Assembly: GCA_032128875.1 (NCBI GenBank)
Contig: JAVLKG010000011.1
Location: 128,001 to 192,000 of the forward strand
Length of the DNA stretch: 64,000 nucleotides
Direction: 5' to 3'
DNA from: Candidatus Melainabacteria bacterium 17Bon1m
Lineage (GTDB): Bacteria; Cyanobacteriota; Vampirovibrionia; Obscuribacterales; Obscuribacteraceae
In this document: positions 9,325-18,413 of the stretch, one piece after another
Layout of the letters: every line of letters starts with the position of its first letter
Numbering within the stretch: the first letter of the stretch is position 1
Notes under the pieces: generated by a model
What the model was told of the DNA's origin: nothing
What the model saw: only the letters and a program-made list of their open reading frames with translations
The model's database searches: none
Translations under genes and position numbers: made by a program

Positions 9325-10740
9325 CTACTTACCAATACAGAAATTTGCAAAAACCTGACCAATCACTTCCTCAGAAACGGATTCTCCGCACACCTCGGAC
9401 AAGCGATCCACCGCCAATTTTAGATCGGTGGCCAGGCAGTCTTGGGGGAGTCCAGTGTCTAGAGTTTCTTTAACTAGCTGCAAAGCTTGATTGGCGCTGC
9501 GACAGAGCTCATGCTGGCGTTGATTAAGTGAGCCGCCCGCTTGCTTTAGCGCGTCTTCTGTGAGTACGTAATTCTCAATAACTGCGCCAATGTCTTTTAC
9601 ACCTGCACCGGTCTTTGCTGATATCTCCAGCTTTGCCACTGGTGGGGCCGCGTCTTGGGCGATTTTGCCATGGAGAAACTCGTCAAAATTGAAATCGGGG
9701 CTCAAGTCCACTTTGTTGGCGATGAGCACGAAAGGCTTATTACCAACCAATTCGCGAACTTTGCTGTCTTCCTCGGACCAGGGAGTATTGGCTTCGAATA
9801 GCATCAATATAAAGTCTGCTTCTTCGACCGCCATAGCCGAACGCTCGATACCAATTTGTTCTACGGTGTCCTGCGTGTGGCGAATGCCTGCAGTATCGAT
9901 GAGTATTACAGGAATGCCGTTCAGGTCAAGCGGTTCATGAAGCGCGTCTCGAGTGGTTCCGGCGATTTCTGTGACGATGGCGCGATCATAGCTGAGCAGC
10001 TGATTGAGAAGACTTGATTTACCGGCGTTTGGTTTTCCGACGATTGCGACTTTCATTCCTTCACGTAGGAAGTGACCGGAGCGCGCGGTTCGCAAAAGCC
10101 GCTCCAAGGCTTCGCTGCTTTGTTGAAGGACGCTTTCAATGCGCTCTTGCGGTGCATCTCCTACCTCTTCAGGAAAATCGATGCCGGCTACTATTTCTGT
10201 GAGCAGCGTGAGCAACTCGAAGCGAACTGCTTTTATCTTTGCGCCCAAGCCGCCCGCCATAGCCGATACTGCAAGCTGTCTTTGGCGGACTGTCTTTGCT
10301 TGAATTAAATCGAGAACTGCTTCTGCTTGAGTTAAATCGATTTTGCCCGCCAGGAAAGCCCTTTGCGTAAACTCCCCGGCGCGCGCGAGTCTTGCACCGC
10401 TCTCTACGCAAGCATTCAGAATTTCGGCTGTGACGACAGAACCGCCGTGGCAATTGATTTCAATCAGGTCGGAGCCGGTGTAAGAATTTGGTGCCTTATA
10501 GGCGATAACTACTACTTCATCGATTACGTTTCCGGTCTTGGGATCTCGGATAAACCCGTGTTGGGCCGTGTGTGTTTTTAGTGGCGGCTCTCCTGCTTGA
10601 TGTGGAAAGCCTTGCGGGGTGAAAAGTCGGTTTGTTATAGACCAGGCCTGATCGCCCGCCAGCCGTACGATTGCGATGGCTCCCGCGCCGTGCGCGGTCG
10701 AGATTGCACAAATGGTGTCGTCTAGAAACATTGAATTCAT
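9325..10740 (-). CDS. mnmE: tRNA modification GTPase MnmE
   Basis: DTICAIST, GEFTQRAF, GKPNAGKSS, GTTRD, DTAG, NKVD and C-terminal FCIGK; start probably 10740 or 10731. Confidence 0.97.
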   Translation of the reverse strand: MNSMFLDDTICAISTAHGAGAIAIVRLAGDQAWSITNRLFTPQGFPHQAGEPPLKTHTAQHGFIRDPKTGNVIDEVVVIAYKAPNSYTGSDLIEINCHGGSVVTAEILNACVESGARLARAGEFTQRAFLAGKIDLTQAEAVLDLIQAKTVRQRQLAVSAMAGGLGAKIKAVRFELLTLLTEIVAGIDFPEEVGDAPQERIESVLQQSSEALERLLRTARSGHFLREGMKVAIVGKPNAGKSSLLNQLLSYDRAIVTEIAGTTRDALHEPLDLNGIPVILIDTAGIRHTQDTVEQIGIERSAMAVEEADFILMLFEANTPWSEEDSKVRELVGNKPFVLIANKVDLSPDFNFDEFLHGKIAQDAAPPVAKLEISAKTGAGVKDIGAVIENYVLTEDALKQAGGSLNQRQHELCRSANQALQLVKETLDTGLPQDCLATDLKLAVDRLSEVCGESVSEEVIGQVFANFCIGK

Positions 10741-11039
10741 GGAGGTTGAATTTACCACATGGTGAGGTAGATGCTTATGGAATGAGCTCTTTTGCAAGCA
10801 GGGATTAAGTTGGAAGAAGTGGCCCCTCGATTTCAAATGAATATAGCTTTCGTATGTACCCAGTGCTTATCGCTCTTAAAATGCGGATTCCCAAAGAAAA
10901 AATTTTTTGTCGAAAATAGCCTGGAATCTTTTTTGTGGCATCCTGCAAATGCGGCGCCGTTTCTGGCTCTCATGGCTTACGCCTTTTGCCATGCGCCTTT
11001 TCATCGGCAAGATTTCCAATTTTTTTTCGCTCGAACTAC

Positions 11040-11069
11040 TTGAATAAGATCGGAAGTAGCTGGTAGTAT
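11040..11069 (+). promoter_or_regulatory. Putative sigma70 promoter of hup
   Basis: TTGAAT-N18-TAGTAT with an extended -10 TG. Confidence 0.4.
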
Positions 11070-11128
11070 CACGCAGTTTTACGGCTATTAAATTGGCTCT
11101 CGATAGTATTTAGGTTAGGGAGAATTCC

Positions 11129-11554
11129 ATGAACAAAGCAGAGTTAGTCAACCAAATCGCTAAGTCGACTGGTCAAACCAAGATGCAAGTGCACAACGCA
11201 GTTGCTTCTATGTTGCACACCGTCACCCAAGCTCTTCAAAAGGGCGACAGAGTGACCTTGGTCGGATTTGGCACCTTCGAGCGTCGTCAGCGTCAAGCTC
11301 GCACCGGCGTTAACCCGCAAAATCCGAAGCAAAAGCTCAGAATCGAAGCAGCTAAAGTGCCTGTATTCAGAGCAGGACAAGAGCTCAAAGATGTTGTAGA
11401 CGGCAGAGCAAAATTGCCTGCTTTGAAGGTCGAAAAACCGGCCGCTGCAGCTCCTAAGAAAGCCGCTGCTAAGAAGCCTGCTAAGAAAGCAGCTAAGCCC
11501 GCTAAGAAGGCAGCTAAGCCAGCTAAGAAAGCAGCTAAGAAGAAAAAACGCTAA
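11129..11554 (+). CDS. hup: HU family DNA-binding protein with a Lys/Ala/Pro-rich histone-H1-like tail
   Basis: MNKAELV...LVGFGTFERR...RTGVNPQ...VPVFRAG HU core, followed by (KPAKKAA)n; GGGAG RBS. Confidence 0.95.
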   Translation: MNKAELVNQIAKSTGQTKMQVHNAVASMLHTVTQALQKGDRVTLVGFGTFERRQRQARTGVNPQNPKQKLRIEAAKVPVFRAGQELKDVVDGRAKLPALKVEKPAAAAPKKAAAKKPAKKAAKPAKKAAKPAKKAAKKKKR

Positions 11555-11580
11555 GCGCTAAGCAAAGCAAAAATTCTTGA

Positions 11581-11610
11581 GGGGAGGCGAAAGCCTCCCT
11601 TTTGCTTTTG
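11581..11610 (+). terminator. Intrinsic terminator after hup
   Basis: GGGAGGC-GAAA-GCCTCCC followed by TTTTGCTTTT. Confidence 0.8.
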
Positions 11611-11647
11611 TGGAAAAACTAGAATCGCTGGGCATTTCTACGCTCGT

Positions 11648-11766
11648 TCTCGGCTTCACCTTCAACTTCAATTTCGCCTTCGCCCTCGCTTTAAACTTCT
11701 ACTTCGGCTTCCACTTCGGCTTCCACTTCGGATTCGACTTCGGCTTCGGCTTCGGCTTTGACCTTG
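11648..11766. repeat. Degenerate 6-bp-period low-complexity tract (TTCnnC)n
   Basis: ttcacc ttcaac ttcaat ttcgcc ... ttcggc ttccac ttcggc ttccac ttcgga ttcgac ttcggc ttcggc ttcggc. Confidence 0.75.
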
Positions 11767-11787
11767 TCTATTTCCGTTTTTACCTAA

Positions 11788-11975
11788 TCCATCCACTCCG
11801 AAAAATCTGGATTTTTCGGAGTGGATGGAAGCCTCGAAATGCCCATGAAATGGACATTTCTATTTATTGCCTGAGAAGTGCTTGATAAGCGCAGCGTCTG
11901 AAAGCCTGATTAAATCGGGGTTTCAGCCTTCGCCATTTGCTCCGAAAAACCGGGAAATTTCGGAGTAGATGGAAG
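11788..11975. repeat. Multi-hairpin intergenic element bounded by two related palindromes (MITE/REP-like or structured RNA)
   Basis: Perfect 20-bp inverted repeat at 11788-11829; related copy at 11933-11975 (35/43 identical, ungapped); two further hairpins between them. Confidence 0.75.
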
Positions 11976-12004
11976 GAAGCGAATTTGAAATGGCTTGGTC
12001 GCTG

Positions 12005-12685
12005 TCAGTTTTTCCTATCTCTGGAATCACTTACGCTGCAGGATTTATCGCCATGTTTCTCATCCGTTTTTTCAGAAGGGCTTCCGGCTAATTTATCGAT
12101 TGGTCCAAATCTCAAAAACAGAATGACGATCAAATTATTCAACACATGCCCTGTAATGGGTGCCCAGAGCGAATTTGTCGCTTCCATCGACAGTCCGAAC
12201 ATCAGCCCGGCAACCATTGCCCATATGCCGTATGTGAGGTAACGCAAAGTGGGCATGTGGAACATGCCGAAAATTCCGGCTGCTATATAAAGATTGAAAT
12301 CGAGTTGCAGTGCGCCGCGGAAAAATACCTCTTCACAAAAGCCCGATACGACAGAGATTAAGAGCGCGTCCAAAACTGTTATGTCACGAAAGAGAGGCGC
12401 CAGTTCTTCCACTGCTATGCGCTTCATCGAAAGAATGGGGCCGTCAGCTCGCTTCGGAAATACCTTCTCAAGAAGATACGAGCCGGAATAAATGACGAAT
12501 GATGTAAAGACAAGCGCAACGCCCACTGCCGCGCCGATCGCGAAGTCCTTACCGTGTGGTACCAAGACTGGTGCGAGCAAAATGTTGCCTAGCCAACACC
12601 AGATTGTGGCGAGAAGAAGTAATGCTCCTTCTATGTAGAGGACGATATTGAGGAGCAAGCCTCGGTCAGGACGTAACTCGCGCAT
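12005..12685 (-). CDS. CPBP-family (CAAX/Abi) intramembrane glutamic endopeptidase
   Basis: EEVFFRG, FGMFH and HVLNN motifs in a multi-TM protein; overlaps the truB end. Confidence 0.9.
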   Translation of the reverse strand: MRELRPDRGLLLNIVLYIEGALLLLATIWCWLGNILLAPVLVPHGKDFAIGAAVGVALVFTSFVIYSGSYLLEKVFPKRADGPILSMKRIAVEELAPLFRDITVLDALLISVVSGFCEEVFFRGALQLDFNLYIAAGIFGMFHMPTLRYLTYGIWAMVAGLMFGLSMEATNSLWAPITGHVLNNLIVILFLRFGPIDKLAGSPSEKTDEKHGDKSCSVSDSRDRKN

Positions 12686-13643
12686 CCGAGAATACGACCT
12701 CCGGCTTACCCATGTTTTGTATTTGCTTCAAAAGTGCCACGTAGACTCCGTTTTGAACAGCCAGAAAAAAACGACCAGATTCGCCGTTTTTGCAAACAAC
12801 CCGACTGCCTTCGTTCGATGAGATGTCCTTTGATGCTAAATCAATTGCGCGTCCGTTGAAAATGTTTTCCGCATCTCTGTGATCGACTTCGATCTTTTCA
12901 AAGCCAAGCGCTGTTGTAAGGTCTGTGAAAAGTGACTGCCAGTCATCTTTTTCGATAAGCTCTTTTATCTGGTCCAGTGACAGTGAATTGTCTATGGACA
13001 GATTACCGGCTTTTTCGCGTACGAGTTTGGATAGGCAGGCGGCACTTCCCAATGCTTCTCCAAGATCGCGTGCCAAAGAGCGAATGTATGTTCCTTTGGA
13101 GCAATGCACTCGCACGGACGCAACGGGACCATTGAAGGCGGTGGACCCAGCACGTGCATCAGACGCACCGGAGGCTTGGAAGGAAAGCAGATCAAATTGA
13201 TGTACTGTGACCGTTCGCTCAGGAGCCTTTTCCGGCGCTTTGCCTTTTCTCGCCAAGTCATATAGATGCTGTCCATCAATGCGAATGGCACTGTAGACGG
13301 GCGGATTTTGCTTGATCTCGCCGCGAAATTGCGTGAGTGCAGATTCTATTTGGGCTTGAGTTATGTGCGAGGCGTCTTTTTCTTCCAGCACCTCGCCTTC
13401 TAAATCGTCTGTCGAGGTTCTTTTACCGAACAAAATTTCGGCATAGTAAGTCTTGTCTGAAGGCAAAAAGTCGATAAGCCGGCATGCCTGACCCAGCGCC
13501 ATCGGTAAGACACCCTCAGCGAGTGGGTCCAGTGTGCCGCCGTGTCCTGAGCGTTTTACTCGCGTCAAGCGACGAACACGCACGACAACATCATGTGAAG
13601 TCATGCCCGGCGGCTTCAACACATTTAGAAAACCGAAGTGCAC
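12666..13643 (-). CDS. truB: tRNA pseudouridine(55) synthase
   Basis: KPPGMTSHDVV, GHGGTLDPLAEGVL, CSKGTYIRSLARDLG; follows rbfA. Confidence 0.97.
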   Translation of the reverse strand: MHFGFLNVLKPPGMTSHDVVVRVRRLTRVKRSGHGGTLDPLAEGVLPMALGQACRLIDFLPSDKTYYAEILFGKRTSTDDLEGEVLEEKDASHITQAQIESALTQFRGEIKQNPPVYSAIRIDGQHLYDLARKGKAPEKAPERTVTVHQFDLLSFQASGASDARAGSTAFNGPVASVRVHCSKGTYIRSLARDLGEALGSAACLSKLVREKAGNLSIDNSLSLDQIKELIEKDDWQSLFTDLTTALGFEKIEVDHRDAENIFNGRAIDLASKDISSNEGSRVVCKNGESGRFFLAVQNGVYVALLKQIQNMGKPEVVFSDARVTS

Positions 13644-13658
13644 TGCTTTGCCTGAAAG

Positions 13659-14012
13659 TTAAACTTCGCCGCGGGCAATTTTTCCGAGCAAATCGGAAAC
13701 TTTGGCGCCGCGCTCAAGCGAGGTGTCGAGCTTGAGATTTAGTTCTGGAGCAAAACGCAAATGCAGGCGGCGGCACAGTTCGCCTCTCATATAGCCGAGG
13801 TGTTCGTTGAGTGCTTCCATCGTGCTTTCGGAATCACCTTCGGCGCCGAAAACGGAGACGTAAACACGGCACGAACGGCAATCAGGCGTGGACTCGACGT
13901 CGGTAATCGAGACAAGACCCTTAATACGGTCGTCTTTCAAATCGCGGCGAATGATTTCCGACAACTCTTTCTTTATTGACTGGGAAACTCGCAATGCGCG
14001 TTGGCTGGACAT
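13659..14012 (-). CDS. rbfA: Ribosome-binding factor A
   Basis: RALRVSQSIKKELS...LKDDRI...LRFAPELNLKLDTSLERG; located between infB and truB. Confidence 0.96.
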   Translation of the reverse strand: MSSQRALRVSQSIKKELSEIIRRDLKDDRIKGLVSITDVESTPDCRSCRVYVSVFGAEGDSESTMEALNEHLGYMRGELCRRLHLRFAPELNLKLDTSLERGAKVSDLLGKIARGEV

Positions 14013-14052
14013 AATTCACCTCTCCAAGAAAGGTAAGAAAGGGCGAAGGAAA

Positions 14053-16635
14053 CTAAGAGCGGGTAATTTCGCGCTTGGTTTCTTGAATTTCGTAGACAGT
14101 GACCTTGTCGCCTTCTTGCAGGTCATTGAATTTCTCGAAGCTCATGCCGCATTCAAAGCCGGTTGCGACTTCTTTGGCATCGTCTTTGAAGCGCTTGAGA
14201 GTTTCGATCTTGCCTTCGTAAACGATAGTGCCGCCGCGGTCGATTTTGGCGATGCCGCCGCGTTTGACCTTTCCGGATGTGACCATGCAACCACCGATGG
14301 AGAGCGCTTTGCCCAGTTTGAACACGGCGCGGATCTCGGCTTGACCGATTTGAACCTCGGACTTGAGCGGTTGGATGAGACCTTGAATGGCTTTTTCGAG
14401 GTCGTCTGTAATTTGATAGATGATGTTGTAGGTACGAACATCAACGCCTTCTTTTTCGCTGACTTCTTGTGCGTTGCGGTCAGGCTGCACGTTGAAGCCG
14501 ACGATGATGGCATTTGAAGATGCCGCCAGGTTGACGTCGTTTTCGGAGATGTCACCGGATGATGTACGAAGAACGCGCACTGCAACTTCATTAGAAGTGA
14601 GTTTGCGGATTTGTTCGGCGATAGCTTCGGCTGTACCTTGTACGTCTGCTTTGACAATGATGTTGAGTTCTTTGACTTCACCGGTTGCCAGCATATCGTG
14701 CAGAGATTCGAGAGTGACGTGGTGTGGACGTCTGTCTCCTCTTTCTGCTTTGCGGCCATCGACGATTTGCTTTTGGATCTGCATGTCGGCAACGACTTCG
14801 AAGCGGTCGCCGGCTTGTGGAACATCGTCAAGACCGAGCACTTCCACAGGCATCGATGGACCGGCTGCTTTGACGCGCTGTCCTCGATCATCAAATAGAG
14901 CTCTGACTCTGCCTGATGCTGTTCCGGCAATAAGCAAATCGCCTTCTCTGAGTGTGCCAGTCTGAACGAGCGCTGTAGCAACGGCGCCTTTTCCACGAGA
15001 AAGTTCCGCTTCGATGATGACACCGTTGGCGGGTTTTTCGGGGTTGGCTTTCAGATCTTGAATTTCAGACACCAACAAAATCATTTCGAGCAATTCGTCC
15101 AGACCGGTACGCTTCTTCGCCGAAACGTTGACGGTAACAGTGTCTCCACCGAATTTATCGGGGAGAATTCCATGCTCCATCAATTGAGTCAGAACACGAT
15201 CAGGATCTGCATCTTGCTTATCGATTTTGTTGACGGCAACAATAATCGGCACGCCTGCAGCCTTAACGTGGTCGATTGCTTCAATTGTTTGAGGCATGAC
15301 ACCGTCGTCTGCTGCCACTACAAGGATGGCGACGTCGGTGGCCTTGGCTCCGCGAGCACGCATGGCAGTAAATGCTTCGTGACCAGGAGTATCAAGGAAA
15401 ACAATCTGACGCAGCGAGCCATCTTCATGCGGCACTTCGACGTGATAGGCGCCGATGTGCTGCGTGATACCGCCGTGTTCTGCATCCGTGAGCAAGAACT
15501 TCGTCTGTCTAATGGCGTCGAGCAAACTGGTTTTGCCGTGGTCGACGTGACCCATAATCGTGACCACCGGCGGTCTGGTGACCAGGGCCTTGAGGTCTTC
15601 TTCGGAGAGATCTTCTTCGACTTTGACGACTTCCTCGACCTTTTCTTCGGTCAAGACTTCGTATTCCATTTCGGAAGCCAGCTCACGCGCCAGATCAACT
15701 TCTACAAGTTGGTTGACGGTGCGCATGGTTCCTTTCATGAACAGGCGCTTAATCACTTCTGTGTCAGCGACATTCATTTTTTCGGCCAATTCTTTGACCG
15801 TAAGGTTTTGGGTAAGAGTTATCACTTTTGGGACTTCAATTGTCGCGGCTGCTGGGCGCGACTTTTCTTCCTTCTTTTGTTGTTGTTGTCTTTCGTGTCC
15901 AGCATGCCGAGATTTCGGAGGTCTGGGCGGCGTGGCGCGGTTGGAAGGCGCGGCCACTCTCACTGGTTGAGATGGAACAGTTGGCACTGATGGACTTTGA
16001 ACTAGTTTTTTGAATGCATCAGGCGAAAAGTTTTCTGTAGCTTTGGACTTGTCTTCTTTCGGAGGTTCTTCGCTCTTGGGCGCAGTCGCCGGTTCTGTCG
16101 GTGCCTCTTTGACCGGCTCTTTGACAGGTTGGGCTGGCACTTCTTCCGGTTTGTCGTCACCTTTGCCTTTTGGAGCTTTCGACTGTTCGTCTACTTCTTC
16201 CACAACCGGAGGCGCTGGTGCTGCCTCCACGACAGGCTCAGGTGGTGCAGGTGGAGCAACCGGTTCTTGAGGCGGAGCCTTTTCGGCCGGTTCTTGAACT
16301 GGAGCTGCATCGACAGGCGGTGCTTCCGCAACTGTCTCCTCTGGAGCGGTCTCTTTTCTGTATCGTGCCAGTACTCTAGGTTTTTGCTTTTCCGGGGTTT
16401 GGGGCGGCGGGATCTTGCCTAAAGGCTTGGCAGCTGTCTTGACTGCCGGTTTGTCTTTCTCGCCTTTGCCGTTCTTCTTGCCCAGGTGTGAGATAAGAAG
16501 CCCGACTGTACTGGCGTCAATCGTGCTCGAATGGCTCTTGATGTCGTAGCCGAGTTCACGCAAAGCTGTGATGATATCCCCGTTTTCGAGGTTCATCTGG
16601 CGCGCTAATTCGTACACACGGACACGATCATTCAT
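14053..16635 (-). CDS. infB: Translation initiation factor IF-2
   Basis: RVRVYELA N-domain, RPPVVTIMGHVDHGKTSLLD, DTPGHEAF, LKRFKDD; start at ATG 16635 behind AGGAG. Confidence 0.98.
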   Translation of the reverse strand: MNDRVRVYELARQMNLENGDIITALRELGYDIKSHSSTIDASTVGLLISHLGKKNGKGEKDKPAVKTAAKPLGKIPPPQTPEKQKPRVLARYRKETAPEETVAEAPPVDAAPVQEPAEKAPPQEPVAPPAPPEPVVEAAPAPPVVEEVDEQSKAPKGKGDDKPEEVPAQPVKEPVKEAPTEPATAPKSEEPPKEDKSKATENFSPDAFKKLVQSPSVPTVPSQPVRVAAPSNRATPPRPPKSRHAGHERQQQQKKEEKSRPAAATIEVPKVITLTQNLTVKELAEKMNVADTEVIKRLFMKGTMRTVNQLVEVDLARELASEMEYEVLTEEKVEEVVKVEEDLSEEDLKALVTRPPVVTIMGHVDHGKTSLLDAIRQTKFLLTDAEHGGITQHIGAYHVEVPHEDGSLRQIVFLDTPGHEAFTAMRARGAKATDVAILVVAADDGVMPQTIEAIDHVKAAGVPIIVAVNKIDKQDADPDRVLTQLMEHGILPDKFGGDTVTVNVSAKKRTGLDELLEMILLVSEIQDLKANPEKPANGVIIEAELSRGKGAVATALVQTGTLREGDLLIAGTASGRVRALFDDRGQRVKAAGPSMPVEVLGLDDVPQAGDRFEVVADMQIQKQIVDGRKAERGDRRPHHVTLESLHDMLATGEVKELNIIVKADVQGTAEAIAEQIRKLTSNEVAVRVLRTSSGDISENDVNLAASSNAIIVGFNVQPDRNAQEVSEKEGVDVRTYNIIYQITDDLEKAIQGLIQPLKSEVQIGQAEIRAVFKLGKALSIGGCMVTSGKVKRGGIAKIDRGGTIVYEGKIETLKRFKDDAKEVATGFECGMSFEKFNDLQEGDKVTVYEIQETKREITRS

Positions 16636-16642
16636 CAGGCTT

Positions 16643-16978
16643 TTACTCCTTGCTCTGTGTATTTTGGCACGTTTTAGCCGTATCTGTGCACTCTCTGTAT
16701 ACAAGCTGTATCAGTTGCTCAGAGAGCGGGAAAGCCACAGAGCGTGGGGCTGGCTTGCCCTTTACTTTTCGTCCTTCCAGGGCCCCTTTCAGGCGTGTGC
16801 CTTTCAAAGCCTGGTCAACACAGGCTTTCCGGCGACAAATATAAACCGATCTTCCTGACAGGTGCTTATTGCCTGTGTTCAGGCGCACTTCACTGCTTTG
16901 ATAGTCGCAGGTGAGGCGAATTAAATCTTTCTGCGCTTTCTTCAAACGGCATGCCACGCAGATTCGCGTAGAAAGCAA
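16643..16978 (-). CDS. ylxR: YlxR/RnpM family RNA-binding protein (DUF448)
   Basis: RICVACR...KDLIRL...GRSVYIC motif; canonical position between nusA and infB. Confidence 0.9.
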   Translation of the reverse strand: MLSTRICVACRLKKAQKDLIRLTCDYQSSEVRLNTGNKHLSGRSVYICRRKACVDQALKGTRLKGALEGRKVKGKPAPRSVAFPLSEQLIQLVYRECTDTAKTCQNTQSKE

Positions 16979-17102
16979 CGGGCTGTCTCTCCGGTTGGAT
17001 GCGGCAAGAGAAAATAGATCGAACTAACCAGGCAGCTGTACTGGCTGCCCTTCAAGCTCTTTTCAATTCCCGCGTGAGTGTTTCTCTGTGAACGTTAATT
17101 AG

Positions 17103-17133
17103 AAAAAGAGGACCGGATAAAGCCCGGTCCTCT
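17103..17133 (-). terminator. Intra-operon terminator hairpin after nusA
   Basis: 10-bp perfect stem AGAGGACCGG/CCGGTCCTCT, followed by a T run on the minus strand. Confidence 0.7.
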
Positions 17134-17145
17134 GCTTGACTGCAT

Positions 17146-18285
17146 TTACGCTTGGGCGCCCAGGTCTTCCAATGTTTGATTGAGAGATTTGAACGAACCG
17201 CCTGCTTGAGATTCGGATTTGATGTCGATTTTCCAGCCGGTCAGTTTTGCCGCCAGACGGACGTTTTGACCGCCGCGACCGATAGCCAAACTAAGTTGAT
17301 CGTCAGGAACGATTACTTCGGCTCTCTTGCCGCCCGCTTCCGGATTCTCTTCGTAAAGAGCTACGGTTGTGATGCGGGCAGGGCTGAGCGCATTAGAGAT
17401 GTAATCGACCGGGTCACCGGAGAAGCGGATGACGTCAATCTTTTCGTTACGCAGTTCGGCAACGACGTTCTGAATACGAACGCCTCGTGTACCGATACAG
17501 GCGCCGACCGGATCGACATCGGCATCATCGGAATGCACGGCAATCTTTGTACGATAGCCGGCTTCACGAGCAATCGATTTGATTTCGACTGTTCCGTCTT
17601 CGATTTCCGGAACATAAAGTTCGAACAATTCTCTAACCAGTTCGGGGTGCGCTTGCGAGACGATAATCTGCGGAACGCGGCCGGTTTCTCTCAGTTCGAG
17701 AACGTACACACGAACGCGGTTGCCCACTCTGTATGTTTCGCCAGGCAACTGTTCGCGTGTGGGCATGCAGCCTTCGACGCGTCCGAGGTTGACGATGACG
17801 TTGTTTCTCGTATTGGAGATAACTTCGATACGCTCGATTTGCCCGGTTGTGCAGGTGCCTTTGCGAGCTTCGAATTCTTTTTTGATCAGTTCCTTTTCAG
17901 CTTCTCTCAAACGTTGAGTCATCAACTGCTTGGCTGTTTGAGCCGCGATACGGCCGAACTCTGAGAAGTCTGCCGGTGTTACTTCGATTTCCAAAACTTC
18001 GCCGACTGTTACGTCAGGAATCAGATCTTTAGCATCTTCGAGGCTGATCTGGTGATATTCGTTTTCCGCTTTGTCCACAACTTCTTTGGGAGCAAAGATG
18101 CCGATTTCACCTGTTTCGTGGTCGAAGATTGCCCGTACGCCTTCGACATCGTGGTCGGGCACTTTCTTTTTGTAAGCGGCAACGATAGCGTCGCACACGT
18201 ATGAGATGAATTCTGCTTGCGGAATATTGCGCTCTCTTTCCAGCTCTTCAGCTGCTTCCAAGAGTTTGTCGCCTATTTTGATCAT
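17146..18285 (-). CDS. nusA: Transcription termination/antitermination factor NusA
   Basis: FGRIAAQTAKQ, S1 and KH domains, AREAGYRTKIAV, QLSLAIGRGGQNVRLAAKLTGWKIDIKSE. Confidence 0.98.
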   Translation of the reverse strand: MIKIGDKLLEAAEELERERNIPQAEFISYVCDAIVAAYKKKVPDHDVEGVRAIFDHETGEIGIFAPKEVVDKAENEYHQISLEDAKDLIPDVTVGEVLEIEVTPADFSEFGRIAAQTAKQLMTQRLREAEKELIKKEFEARKGTCTTGQIERIEVISNTRNNVIVNLGRVEGCMPTREQLPGETYRVGNRVRVYVLELRETGRVPQIIVSQAHPELVRELFELYVPEIEDGTVEIKSIAREAGYRTKIAVHSDDADVDPVGACIGTRGVRIQNVVAELRNEKIDVIRFSGDPVDYISNALSPARITTVALYEENPEAGGKRAEVIVPDDQLSLAIGRGGQNVRLAAKLTGWKIDIKSESQAGGSFKSLNQTLEDLGAQA

Positions 18286-18413
18286 GGATTTGACTCCTTC
18301 AGTCTATTCAATTTTAGTATTCAGTTTTAGTTTCCGGTTTTCTTTTCTTTTCGTAGAAGCGGCATGGTGACCGCATTCTCTCAGGTTGGGTTTCCCCTAA
18401 ATCTGTTTTGCTC

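Noticed and set aside
11577..11885. 102-aa F-x repeat ORF from the track
   Set aside because: It starts inside the hup terminator, has no RBS, and is explained by the hexamer tract and palindrome.
11789..11975. Two-repeat mini-CRISPR
   Set aside because: Only two copies, 43 bp and fully palindromic, with a 101-bp structured spacer; this does not fit CRISPR geometry.
13888..17964. Long antisense or alternative-frame ORFs over infB and nusA (also over thrS and the 369-aa gene)
   Set aside because: These are shadow ORFs expected from codon bias in conserved genes; they have no motifs or RBS.
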